A stretch of 64,000 bases of DNA from Opitutales bacterium (lineage in GTDB: Bacteria; Verrucomicrobiota; Verrucomicrobiia; Opitutales; PNEW01), in the NCBI GenBank assembly GCA_965197745.1, contig CBDANS010000006.1:608001-672000 (forward strand), in the 5' to 3' direction. Below the pieces are notes generated by a model. The model was not told the origin of the DNA. It saw only the letters and a program-made list of their open reading frames with translations, and ran no database searches. Position 1 is the stretch's first letter. Each line of letters begins with the position of its first letter. Shown here piece after piece: positions 21,978 to 31,900 of the stretch. The translations under genes and the position numbers were made by a program.

Positions 21978-23079
21978 TCACTGTCTTTTTCGACCAATGG
22001 ATTTCATGAATTCCATGCACTCAAAGTTCTGAAAGTCTCTCATCACATTTCTGAACTTTGGTTTCCAATAGGTTTCAGGCGCTCCATAGGATTGGTCCCA
22101 GACAGGGACAAAGAGTAGAAAGCATAGCATTAGTCTGTAGTCATCCATTAAATTATCAAGCGAGTATGCGTCGGTTCTACTCGAATCCAGGAAAGAGTAA
22201 TATCTTTTGAGCGAGGCAACGGTGTCTGGATGGTTAACGGGTGGGAAAAACGAAAGCAGATAACCTAAATCAAATGTGGGAAAGTTCGCCGACACTTCCT
22301 GGAAGTCTACGAGCATGGCTATAGTGTTATCGAGCCCTCTTGGAAAGAGGAACTGTCCAATATAGCAATCCCCCTGTGAAAGCGTGATATTCTCCTTATC
22401 AGATATTCTCTCTGCCAGGTAATGCTTCCACAGCGGGGGAAGGAGACTCAAAGATTCTTCGAGTATCTCAATATCCGTACTGGAGTAATGGTCTCCAGCC
22501 TGGGACTTGAAAATCTGATACTCTTTTTTTCTCTTTGTTATGTGTCTCTGGTATGAAGGTTCGCCACTATACTCCCACCGCATGGGAAATGATGCGTACG
22601 AAGAGCCAATACTTGAAGATTCCCACCAGTAGGACTGAAATTCGGCCAGTGCCTTCAGGATACTGTCCCAGGCTCGCGGTTCGACAGGGTGCCTCCCCCT
22701 TGATATTGAGCGCATAGTCTACGGCTGCTTGATGTGTATCTGAAACATCCTGGAGCAAGAGCGCGGTAATCCCCGTCTCCTGATCATATTTTGCGAAGTA
22801 GCAGGTAGGGACCATTTCCAGAATAGTGGCAGGTTTACTGACAACGGAGTAAAATTGAAATTCAAATGAACCATCATGCTCTTTGTTTCTCTTAAAAACC
22901 AGTTTCTCAGGAGCATGGGTGTCGCTCTTGTTCCTGTAGTGAACGGTGATAAAATAAACTTCGGAATTAAAAGCATCGTTTCGCACACTATCAACAGAAT
23001 CAATTGCGCCCATTTGTAGCGCTTCTTCTATAGCGGAAGCCATATCTGAAGGGTCAAGATCTGCTTGTGTCAGATTCAT
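21978..23079 (-). pseudogene. choline/ecdysteroid-kinase-like phosphotransferase, frameshift near 22690
   Basis: ORF 22567..23079 (LLLQDVS) plus ORF 21978..22715 (TLSQGDCYIGQFL, LVDFQ, DLGY). Confidence 0.75.
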
Positions 23080-23130
23080 TACTTTTCCGGAGGTAAAAGT
23101 AAGGCATTATCTCCACTGCCCTGTTGAACC

Positions 23131-23877
23131 TTATTCGGTGATCTCAATCCAGTTGTATATAATACCACTCCCATATCCCAGTTTCCTTGCTAAATATTCT
23201 GAAGCAGCATCCTCAGTATCCCAGTGAGGCTCAATTCCTTTTCCCAGGTAATATAAAATTATACGAGCACCAAGGGCAGTTCCAATGCCACGATTTTGGA
23301 AATCTTGAATTGTGTCTATTTGAAATTGGATCGCAGTCTTCGAATTTATTGCGGTGGCAACACCTCCTACGAGTCGATTCTGGTGAAGCGCGCAAAAACC
23401 AATGCCTTTTTCAAGGAATTCTCCATAAAATGTAAGGTTTGGTGAAACCTCCTTACCTATTCTTTCTTTTTCATCCTTTTCTATTTTTTTGATTTCTACT
23501 CCTTCAGGTAATTCTTCAATGACCTTTCTTAAATTTTCCTCATCTAATTTCCGATGATCAAATGTTTTTCTACTGCGAACAATTTAGAGCCCCTTGTAAA
23601 CAACTTTGACTTTTTTTTCCCAGGATGAATTGCCCATAAAAATGTCGTCCTTTTGAGCTCCTGAAATGATATCAAGTGCGGCATCAGATTCTGAATTTCC
23701 ACCCATTATATTAAATGGACCAATCTTCAATCGAGCAACAGAAGGGTTTGTGTCGATGTCGACATAAGCTTTTCCCTGGAATCCCTGTAATACGGATTCT
23801 ACAAACGATTTGTAAGGGATGTCTTCAGCAAATAAGTTTCTGAGGTACCCAAGACTCTTTCTATTTATTTCTTTCAT
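23131..23877 (-). pseudogene. GNAT acetyltransferase with an in-frame TAA (23584) and a later frameshift
   Basis: Read-through gives ..EELPEGVEIKKI.., then GIGFCA..EDFEIQIDT..FQNRGIG..SLRIFSK-LGY. Confidence 0.7.
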
Positions 23878-23942
23878 TAATCATTGGGGAGGGTTTAAAG
23901 TGAGCAATAAAAAATAGAGTCAAAACTGTTCGGTCGCTGTCT

Positions 23943-24024
23943 GCGCCCCTTCAGGGCGCGATTTTCATTTTTCTTTTTCCAGGGGTTATCACCCCTGGCT
24001 AAAAACCTTCACCCCTTTGGGGTG
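23943..24024. repeat. REP-like triple-hairpin element
   Basis: GCGCCCCTTCAGGGCGC, CCAGGGG-ttatca-CCCCTGG, CACCCC-ttt-GGGGTG. Confidence 0.7.
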
Positions 24025-24229
24025 GATATAGCTATTCAAAAAATTCTGATTTTATACCCCCACTTACTGGTTACTGATCACTATACTATTCAATCGACTA
24101 TCTTCATTTGGCAATCGATATCACCTCATCGGTGCTATGATAAAAGAAATGCCCATTCGTAACGCATTTATTGTTTCTCCCCTCCGGGGCCAATCAAATA
24201 AATTGCTCACTCCTCAGGCATTGAGGTCT

Positions 24230-24907
24230 TTAATAATTTTTCTTACCGGTTATCAGCTTCCTCTTTACTTCGCGTTTTACCCGCGCGGAAGTCACCGATT
24301 CGTTGTCAGCGAGGAATTGTTTAACGGCCTTCCGATCCCACGAAACAAGCATACGTAGGGCCCAGCTGATGGCCTTCTGGACCATTACGCTTTTATCTGA
24401 AACTAGTATCTGACAGATCATTAAAGTACGAGCGCTGTCCCCGTTCCCACCCCTTGACTTGGTGTTGAGGGGGATGGTTGCGACAACCGCAGCTCTCCTC
24501 CACCACTGATCTTTAGATCGGCTCCAGCATCGAATGTTTCCATCCGACAGCTGACCATTTTGCCAGGCCTGTCCCACCAGGGTGCAGCAGAAAAAATCGA
24601 CCCACCCCCAGTTATCGATACCGGCCCCAAGGGTTTCAATTCGTTTGATAGTCAGCGATTCACGGGCTTCGCGATGACCGGCGATTAACTCGTAGGCGAC
24701 GTTCCTGCACACTGCGAGCTTGAGCTTCAACAGCGCCAAGCCAAGCTTACATATAAATTCACCGCTTTCGTCCTTGAGCTTCGACTTATATATTCGCACG
24801 ACCCTATGACGGTCTTTTGTGTATAGCCGTGACCTACGGCTGAATTGACGAAGCGTTTCTCGAATCTCTTTCGCGGTTTTATTAATTTTTAAGGAATCGG
24901 TGGTCAC
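24230..24907 (-). CDS. DNA alkylation repair protein (AlkD-like HEAT repeat)
   Basis: DNWGWVD, WWRRAAVVA, VQKAISWALR. Confidence 0.88.
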   Translation of the reverse strand: MTTDSLKINKTAKEIRETLRQFSRRSRLYTKDRHRVVRIYKSKLKDESGEFICKLGLALLKLKLAVCRNVAYELIAGHREARESLTIKRIETLGAGIDNWGWVDFFCCTLVGQAWQNGQLSDGNIRCWSRSKDQWWRRAAVVATIPLNTKSRGGNGDSARTLMICQILVSDKSVMVQKAISWALRMLVSWDRKAVKQFLADNESVTSARVKREVKRKLITGKKNY

Positions 24908-24973
24908 AGAATAATTTATAAACGGGTCTCATTTTCAAGGTCAATGGTGTCGACTCGCTGTCTAGCGAATCCC

Positions 24974-25774
24974 CTATTTGTGCGTCTCATCAAGGCACGG
25001 CTTTCCCCATAAAACTTGCGTTTTTACCTGGTATCTTAACAAACCATCTTCAACAAAGGGTAGAAGAATTTTCTCCATTTTATGGTCAAATTCTTTTTCT
25101 TTGATTTTTCCCATGCCTTCTACTGAAAGAGACGCTCTCGAGTGTTCCGCATTTATGAATTGGTCCAGGGATTGATTGAAATTGTAAGGTCCCATTGTGC
25201 GATTCCCTGTAAGCTTAAAGCAACCCGAGTTCTCTAAAGCTTTTAGCGCATCAAATGGCACATAATCCTTATATGTTGAATACTCAGCAATCAGGTCATT
25301 CCGGAATTTTCCCCATGGGACATTGCAGGGGCCATCTCCATCCATAATCACCAGGGAACCCGTTGGATGAAGCGCATCTTTGAATTTTTGAAAAACCAGA
25401 TTCAAGTCCATCCAATGCAAACTGGCTCCGATGACAATCAGGCCATAGGGTGGATTGAGCAGGGCTTCTTCAATTTTAGCGTGGATCCAGCAAATTTTAG
25501 GGTTGTCGCCACTTGGCAATGTTCTTCCCAGTCGGATCATTTCTTCCGAAAAATCAACGGCATCGATACGATCAGCTTTTCCTGTTAATAGTCGAGCAAT
25601 TTTACCTGGACCACTTCCCGCATCGAGTACCGATTTCGCATGCTCAGGGATTTTCTCTATTAAAAAATCCATTATCTCTTGATCGTAAGGGGGTCGAAAC
25701 CCATACCGTTCCACAACACTTTTAGATTTGAAGCGAATTGCGTGCTCATGATCTACCGTGTTTACAATAGACAT
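24974..25774 (-). CDS. class I SAM-dependent methyltransferase
   Basis: RPPY, VLDAGSGPG, VDFSEEM, SLHWMD. Confidence 0.9.
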   Translation of the reverse strand: MSIVNTVDHEHAIRFKSKSVVERYGFRPPYDQEIMDFLIEKIPEHAKSVLDAGSGPGKIARLLTGKADRIDAVDFSEEMIRLGRTLPSGDNPKICWIHAKIEEALLNPPYGLIVIGASLHWMDLNLVFQKFKDALHPTGSLVIMDGDGPCNVPWGKFRNDLIAEYSTYKDYVPFDALKALENSGCFKLTGNRTMGPYNFNQSLDQFINAEHSRASLSVEGMGKIKEKEFDHKMEKILLPFVEDGLLRYQVKTQVLWGKPCLDETHK

Positions 25775-25889
25775 GAACTGCTAATCTCTCGTATCACTGA
25801 CCGTTAAAAGCAGATCGTGTAATAAACGACGCTTTTCAATGTCCAAGCGAATATGAATATCAGGTGCCTTATATTTTTCAGTCATAAGA

Positions 25890-26681
25890 TTATATGGCCG
25901 TCGCTTTGAGACTGAAAGTACAGGGGTACAATTCAATTTTATCAAATTGGACATCATAAGGGGTATAACCATTATAAAGATACTGCGGGAATTCATGGAG
26001 GAACTCTATTCTCATGCCAGCTTCGCAAAATGCGGTAATAAGCTCTCCCAAAGTCCAGTGCCATTCGTAGGAAGGGGTCGGTATTTTAAAATCCGGATCA
26101 GTGTAATCACCCATGTTTTCGTACTGCCACACCTTCTTGCGGAAATAACTTCCCTGAATAGTACTGGCGCTTGATGATCCCGCTTCATCAAGCATGACGC
26201 TTCTGAACGGATGCCCGTCATAAATATAGAAAAATCCGTTGTCATTTAATAATTGCCGCGCGGTCTGAGCATACTGCTCAAGGTCCGGAATCCAACAGAG
26301 CACCCCGGTAGATGAAAAAACAATATCATATTTTTTATTCACTATATTCTTTACATCCACAATATCCGCCTCGATAAACTCCGCCCCAATGCCCATTTGT
26401 TCCGCGATCAAGCGTGCGTATTTCAATGATTCGGACGAAATATCTATACCGGTCACCTCAGCCCCGAGCAGTGCCCAGGACAGGGTATCGGTTCCGATAT
26501 GACAGAGCAGATGCACCAGTGATTTGCCCCTGACATCACCGACCTCTTTTTGTAAAAGGTCATTCAATAATGGTTTACCGGCTATCAAGGTGTCCGTATC
26601 ATAATTCTTATAATGGATTTCTGCCAGGCCATCCCATGCCTTTTTATTTGCCTGGGTCATATGCTTCATTGATTGCTCCAC
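25890..26681 (-). CDS. class I SAM-dependent methyltransferase
   Basis: LVHLLCHIGTDTLSWA, GIDIS, GVLCWIPDL, DGHPF. Confidence 0.9.
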   Translation of the reverse strand: MEQSMKHMTQANKKAWDGLAEIHYKNYDTDTLIAGKPLLNDLLQKEVGDVRGKSLVHLLCHIGTDTLSWALLGAEVTGIDISSESLKYARLIAEQMGIGAEFIEADIVDVKNIVNKKYDIVFSSTGVLCWIPDLEQYAQTARQLLNDNGFFYIYDGHPFRSVMLDEAGSSSASTIQGSYFRKKVWQYENMGDYTDPDFKIPTPSYEWHWTLGELITAFCEAGMRIEFLHEFPQYLYNGYTPYDVQFDKIELYPCTFSLKATAI

Positions 26682-26720
26682 GGGATTGGCCTTTGTGTGA
26701 ATATTTTCAACCGATCCTGA

Positions 26721-27089
26721 TCAGGCAGGTTTCCTATAGGCCCGACTGGATATTTGAATAGAATTTTTACCGGGACCTTTCGCGTTTGAAAAAATGTACC
26801 CTTGCACCTGATGAACAGCTCCAAATTTAAGTCCGTTTTTTGCGCATTTATCGCGAAATTTCTCCACATCTTTTATATCGAAGACCAGCTTTACACAGGC
26901 TTGTCCATCCTTTATTCCTTTGCCCGCGGGGTGGATCATCAAACTCGCCCCTCCATGAGCAGGCAGTAGTTCCAGCATGCTGGTACCTTCTTCGACCAGG
27001 GATTTAAAATCGAAGTGCTTTACATAAAAAGCCGCCATCTTTTCGACATTTTTGGCATAAATCATAATCTTATTGATGGCTGGCTTCAT
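26721..27089 (-). CDS. VOC/glyoxalase family protein
   Basis: AAFYVKHF, KLVFDIKDV; 122 aa. Confidence 0.8.
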   Translation of the reverse strand: MKPAINKIMIYAKNVEKMAAFYVKHFDFKSLVEEGTSMLELLPAHGGASLMIHPAGKGIKDGQACVKLVFDIKDVEKFRDKCAKNGLKFGAVHQVQGYIFSNAKGPGKNSIQISSRAYRKPA

Positions 27090-27532
27090 TTTTTTCCCTT
27101 TAGTCGCTTAAATTCTTCATTGAGTGTCTTATTCTGGAACGGAGTAAAAGCCAGCTCCAGTTTCATCCCATCCGGATCCTGGAACCATACTCCGTAGTAT
27201 CCTGGGCTATAGTTCATTTCGCACGGAGCATCCAGAATTTCGGCGCCCATTTTCTTGAGAATATCGTATAGCCTGTCCACGTCTTCCCGTCTTTCGGCGT
27301 TCCAGGCCATGTGGCTGAACCCCGGAGATTCCCTATCGTACTTTTTCCCGTGTCCCGCTTTTCTTGTCCGCACCAAAATCAAGTCGCCTATCCCGATCTT
27401 TTTTCGGTAGAGAATCGATGCCTTCATTCGGTGATGCTTTTCGTATCCAAGAAAATTGCATATGGGGTCATAGAATATTTCTGACTCATCCAGATTCCCG
27501 ACACGAAGCTCAATATGGTTTATGAGTGTCAT
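27086..27532 (-). CDS. VOC/glyoxalase family protein
   Basis: INHIELRV, HMAWNA, YYGVWFQDPDGMKLE. Confidence 0.9.
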   Translation of the reverse strand: MTLINHIELRVGNLDESEIFYDPICNFLGYEKHHRMKASILYRKKIGIGDLILVRTRKAGHGKKYDRESPGFSHMAWNAERREDVDRLYDILKKMGAEILDAPCEMNYSPGYYGVWFQDPDGMKLELAFTPFQNKTLNEEFKRLKGKK

Positions 27533-27544
27533 TGATTCTCCGGA

Positions 27545-27609
27545 TTCTAACGATAGCGGTCAGGCACGAGAGCGCTAGACCGAATTGTCCCCGCACTTTT
27601 GATTCGATT
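27545..27609 (-). repeat. degenerate attC-like site
   Basis: Minus strand: ATCGAAT..GCGG..CCGC..GTTAGAA, between a stop codon and an RBS/ATG about 12 nt downstream. Confidence 0.55.
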
Positions 27610-28128
27610 CTATTTATTCAGCAACTCGGAGATAATGGCATCAACAACCTTCCCCAACTTGCTGAGCATGGCAAACTCCTTATCGACAACCGAGACAAAT
27701 GACTTTGGCGTCATCGGGCGGAAGCATTTCACCGGCTCGAGGGCGTAGCGGGTATTGATTTCGTAACCCTTCTCCTCAAGTATATCGCCACACCGGCGAA
27801 GGAAAGCCTGACTGAAATCCTTCTGCCCGAAACCGGCACGTGACTTTCCCGCCTCGATGTGAAAGACGAAGGGAACCTCGCCTTTCTCATGATAGGATTT
27901 CGCCATCCAGGATTCGAAATGCAGCCCATTTCCTTTCTCGTTAAACCAATTTGACCTGTAGAGTTGAAATCCAGCCCCCTGGGGAGATGTATCATTGGGA
28001 TACAACCCCGCGTTGATTAACCAGGTATTCTGGATAGCCTTGCGTTTTGAAAGTTTCCTTTCAGCTTCCTTGTATCCATCCCCATAGAACCGGTAAATAT
28101 CCGCGGTCTCTTCCTTAACCTTTTTCAT
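27610..28128 (-). CDS. hypothetical protein
   Basis: 172-aa co-oriented ORF with RBS AAAGGAAG. Confidence 0.7.
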   Translation of the reverse strand: MKKVKEETADIYRFYGDGYKEAERKLSKRKAIQNTWLINAGLYPNDTSPQGAGFQLYRSNWFNEKGNGLHFESWMAKSYHEKGEVPFVFHIEAGKSRAGFGQKDFSQAFLRRCGDILEEKGYEINTRYALEPVKCFRPMTPKSFVSVVDKEFAMLSKLGKVVDAIISELLNK

Positions 28129-28293
28129 AGCTTCCTTTCAAAAGAATGGCTGGCAGCGTTTACGCCTCTGCCGATTGGGCATCCTATTCTTGTATGCGGC
28201 AGGATCAAGAGAATTTATAAACGCGCATGCTGAAACCTGTTGGTGTGAACCTGGCAGCGCCATTCTACTGTAATATGTCAACAAGCTCTCTAT

Positions 28294-28992
28294 TTATCCT
28301 TCCCCAAAGATTTCCAGCAACTCAGCTAATTCTTTGATTACCGATACTCTCTCGTCAACTTTGTGATCTTCCGCTATTCGATTAACCCAGATTGCCTCAA
28401 GTCCAACTTCCATTGCTCCTTCTATATCACGTTCATAACTGTCTCCTATCATGAGAGCGATCCGGTTACGATGCAGATCATTGAGGATCGCCTCAAAGTA
28501 ATGTTGATTCGGCTTTTCAAACCCGATCTTTCCCGAGGTATACACCGCTTCAAAATAGCTCAAGATTCCTAACTGGTTTAGAATATCTGAAAGCTCCGGT
28601 ATATGATTGGAAGCTATGACATGAGAATACCCGCATTGCGATAGTTTTTTCAGAATGTCTTCAGCTTATGGTACCAACTGATATCCATGATTAAGTAGTA
28701 TTTCCTCTCGCAAACCCTTGGCAAGTTGGTGCGCTACCGCTTCTGAAACGCCATTCGCTATCATCGCGGACGCGATTTTATAATTTAGAAATTCCCAGTA
28801 ATTCTTACCGTTGAAAAGATCGACGTGCGGTACTTCAGGTGTGTGCCAGGGAAAACCGTAGTCCAGTTCCTGCCGAATGCTATCAATGTCGATGTCTGAG
28901 TAGCCTGAACGGTTGAGAAGCGATCGGGTAGCTCTCGACCATAACCACGGAGCGTCTGCCAGGGTTCCATCAAAATCCCATAAGATATGCAT
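28294..28992 (-). pseudogene. HAD-family hydrolase with an in-frame TAA at 28666
   Basis: WDFDGTL (motif I) and, in the same frame, ASN, EKP, MIGDSYERDIEGA. Confidence 0.85.
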
Positions 28993-29030
28993 TTTTTTTG
29001 CGTGGATCGGTTAGGTCTGTCGTAGCGGGG

Positions 29031-29768
29031 TTAAGCGCAGTCGGGCCGCAGGTCGATGTATCGCTCGCCACGCTCACCGGCCTCGCCCCGCACGAGATAG
29101 ACCGGGATCTTATGCTGGTCCACGTCAACCCACGCGGTATCACTGCTGCAGTAGCGAATCGTATATCCCGCTCGCCTTCGATCGCTGCGGTTCGTTTCGC
29201 TGGAGTGCAGCAAATAAGAATCGTGGATAGACACACTCCCGGCCGTCATCCGGAGGGTGACGGCACCTGCTTCCATCTCAGCGGTTACGATGATCTTTTT
29301 GCTCAGCATATCATGTGTCTCCGACGGTATGGTAGCGTGTTCCCGATACCCCAGGTGCGATCCCGGGATTACCATCATAGCGGAATTTTCGGTGTCGGCA
29401 TCATCGATGGCTAGCCAGACCGAGACAACATCGGTGCCCTGAACACTTGGCCAATAGGGATTGTCCTGGTGCCAGGGAACGGTATCCACGCTGCGCGGCG
29501 GTTTAATGAATACACTGGAGAAAACCAGAACCAGATTAGGACCCAGCACCGATTGTACCGCGTCCAGCAACCGCGGTTGCCGACAGATTTCGAGCCAGCG
29601 CTCATCACGTGAATGCGGTTCATCAAGATAATTGTCATTTCTCAGCATCCCCTTCTCGGTGGCCTCGTTCAGGAGACGCCGATTCGATTCCACTTCCTCC
29701 GGACTGAACACGCCCGGATACAGGCAATACCCTTCTTTAGCGAAACAATCCGGATCATGATTCAGCAC
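29031..29768 (-). CDS. phytanoyl-CoA dioxygenase (PhyH) family
   Basis: WHQD, IPGSH, LLHSS..N.SDRRR. Confidence 0.92.
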   Translation of the reverse strand: MLNHDPDCFAKEGYCLYPGVFSPEEVESNRRLLNEATEKGMLRNDNYLDEPHSRDERWLEICRQPRLLDAVQSVLGPNLVLVFSSVFIKPPRSVDTVPWHQDNPYWPSVQGTDVVSVWLAIDDADTENSAMMVIPGSHLGYREHATIPSETHDMLSKKIIVTAEMEAGAVTLRMTAGSVSIHDSYLLHSSETNRSDRRRAGYTIRYCSSDTAWVDVDQHKIPVYLVRGEAGERGERYIDLRPDCA

Positions 29769-29845
29769 CTACATTTCCTGTCAGCTAGTGGAGTATTGTG
29801 GGATCATTGGTTTTCTCGCCCAGGTGACTTTAATCATTCTGACTT

Positions 29846-31876
29846 CTAAAGATTTTTTTTGAGAAAGTCTTCGATTTTCGCATAAAATTTGAACCGCTTT
29901 TTTTCATCGATAAAGCCATGGCCTTCCCAGTTTTGAAGATATACTTTATGCGGTTTGCCCTCTTTTTTTAATGCCGTGATAAGTCTTTTAGCCTGGAGGG
30001 TATCAACGGTATAGTCGGCTCTGCCATGAATTATTAAAAGGGGTGCCTTAATACGGTCTACAAAATTTATCGGCGAAACTTCGCGAATGGCATCCGTATC
30101 TTTTTGAGGATCACCAAACCAAAGTTTGAGGACATCATAGGCGGACGCTCCAAAGTAGCTTTCTGTCTGCTTTTCTCGCTTTTCTTTATTAAACTGTTCA
30201 ACCCAATCGTAGACCCCCGCGAAAGAAATAGCACATTTATAAAGATCGGGGGTAAAAGTAAGCCCACATAAAGTTATATAGCCACCAAAGCTTGCGCCGT
30301 AGATAGCAATGCGCTCTGGATCTGCGATTTTCACTTTGATAGCCCACCGGACACCATCGGTGATGTCATCTTGTACTTTTTTACCAAATTGACCACGCGC
30401 TGCCTCTCTATAGTATGTCCCGTACCCTGTGGAGCCCCGATAGTTAATTTGCAGAACAGCATAGCCCCGACTTGCCAGAAATTGTACCTCCGAGTTAAAT
30501 CCCCATACATCGCGGTAAAATGGTCCCCCATGAGCCATCACAATCATAGGGAGTGGCCCCTTTTTTTTGCCTGGTGGTAGAGTAACATAGCCATGGATCT
30601 TCATTCCATCCCGTGCTTTAAAAGTGACACTTCGCATCTGGGCCATTTTCAAAGGATCGATCCAGGGTTTTGCTTTAAATATACGCTGAAAGTTACCTGT
30701 ATTAAGATCGTATATATAATAAGATCCTGGATCGCGATCACTGCTCACAAAAATAAGAAAACGGGTTTCCTCCCAATTGACATCTATAATTCAATTAACG
30801 GTATCAGGTAGTGCTTGATCAATACCAAGTTGCAATTGCCTGTAAAAAGGGTCAATCCAGTGCGTCGTTCGCTTTTCCCGGGTATAATGGATGCCAACCA
30901 ATGCTTTTTTCTTTTTAGAGAAAAATAAAGATGCGGGTATTTGATAAATAAAAAATTTTCCTGATGTAACATCATATTCTCTGTCACTAAAAATCAGTTC
31001 TCCGAGTTGCTGATTTTCAAGATCGTAGTTATAGAGTGACAAAACATTATGATTGCGGTTTGTCGCAACGTAGAGGGTTTTACCGCCATATTCAAAAGCG
31101 ACAGGATCCAAATCTGGTGGTAAGGGTAATTTGTCCCATGGAAGATCTTCATTTTTTCGATAAATATATGTTTCATTACCCTCATTAAATGACCTCTTCT
31201 TATAACCAACTCCCATCCTCAAAAATCCTTCTGGATCGCACATCCATGCATCCACATAACCGGGATTTTCTTCTTTGATAGGATAGTAACCACTGCCTGG
31301 AGCCATGGGGCCATGCTGGCGTGCATCTCTCAAGTAATTCATTTGGTGGACATGTGGTTTATGAAATCTCTCGGAAAAAAACTGAATGAGTATTTTATTA
31401 GGTAGGTCGTCTTGCAGGTCTATAACCGATGCATAGTTTTCAATATCAACCAGGGTTCTTATTGGTTTTCCAATGCGATTAACGGAATACAACCCGTAAT
31501 AATACTGGCCCCACTTTGTGACATTAAAAATTAAATTATCGTTATCAGCCCAATAAAACTGCCGAATATGGAGGCCCATCCCTGTTCTTATACCAATAAT
31601 CTTTTTCGTATTCAGATTAAGTGTAAATAACTCATAACTGTCATTTATATAACCAATATATCCGACGTGCTCCCCGTCAGGAGAAAGAGATGCATTTGAG
31701 AAAAGTGTTGCTCTAAAAAAGTTTTCAATCGGCTCGGGTTCTGCTTCGAGGAAAGATATACTGAAAAATACTAAGCCCGAAACGATTACTTTGATCCCAA
31801 AAGTTGCGACTTTAATCATTCTGACTCCCCCAATCTTTTGTTTATACTTAACAAATTCCCAGCGTTTTAGCGGCAC
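29846..31876 (-). pseudogene. S9 prolyl oligopeptidase family, split by one in-frame TGA at 30791
   Basis: Propeller N-terminal part and catalytic part (HGGP, NYRGS, GASFGG, D, EGHGF) are in the same frame. Confidence 0.88.
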
Positions 31877-31900
31877 ATAAAAATATACAATATCTAATAC

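Noticed and set aside
30791..30793. TGA as selenocysteine or an alternative genetic code
   Set aside because: Non-catalytic position; TGA ends many intact genes here and the other internal stops are TAA
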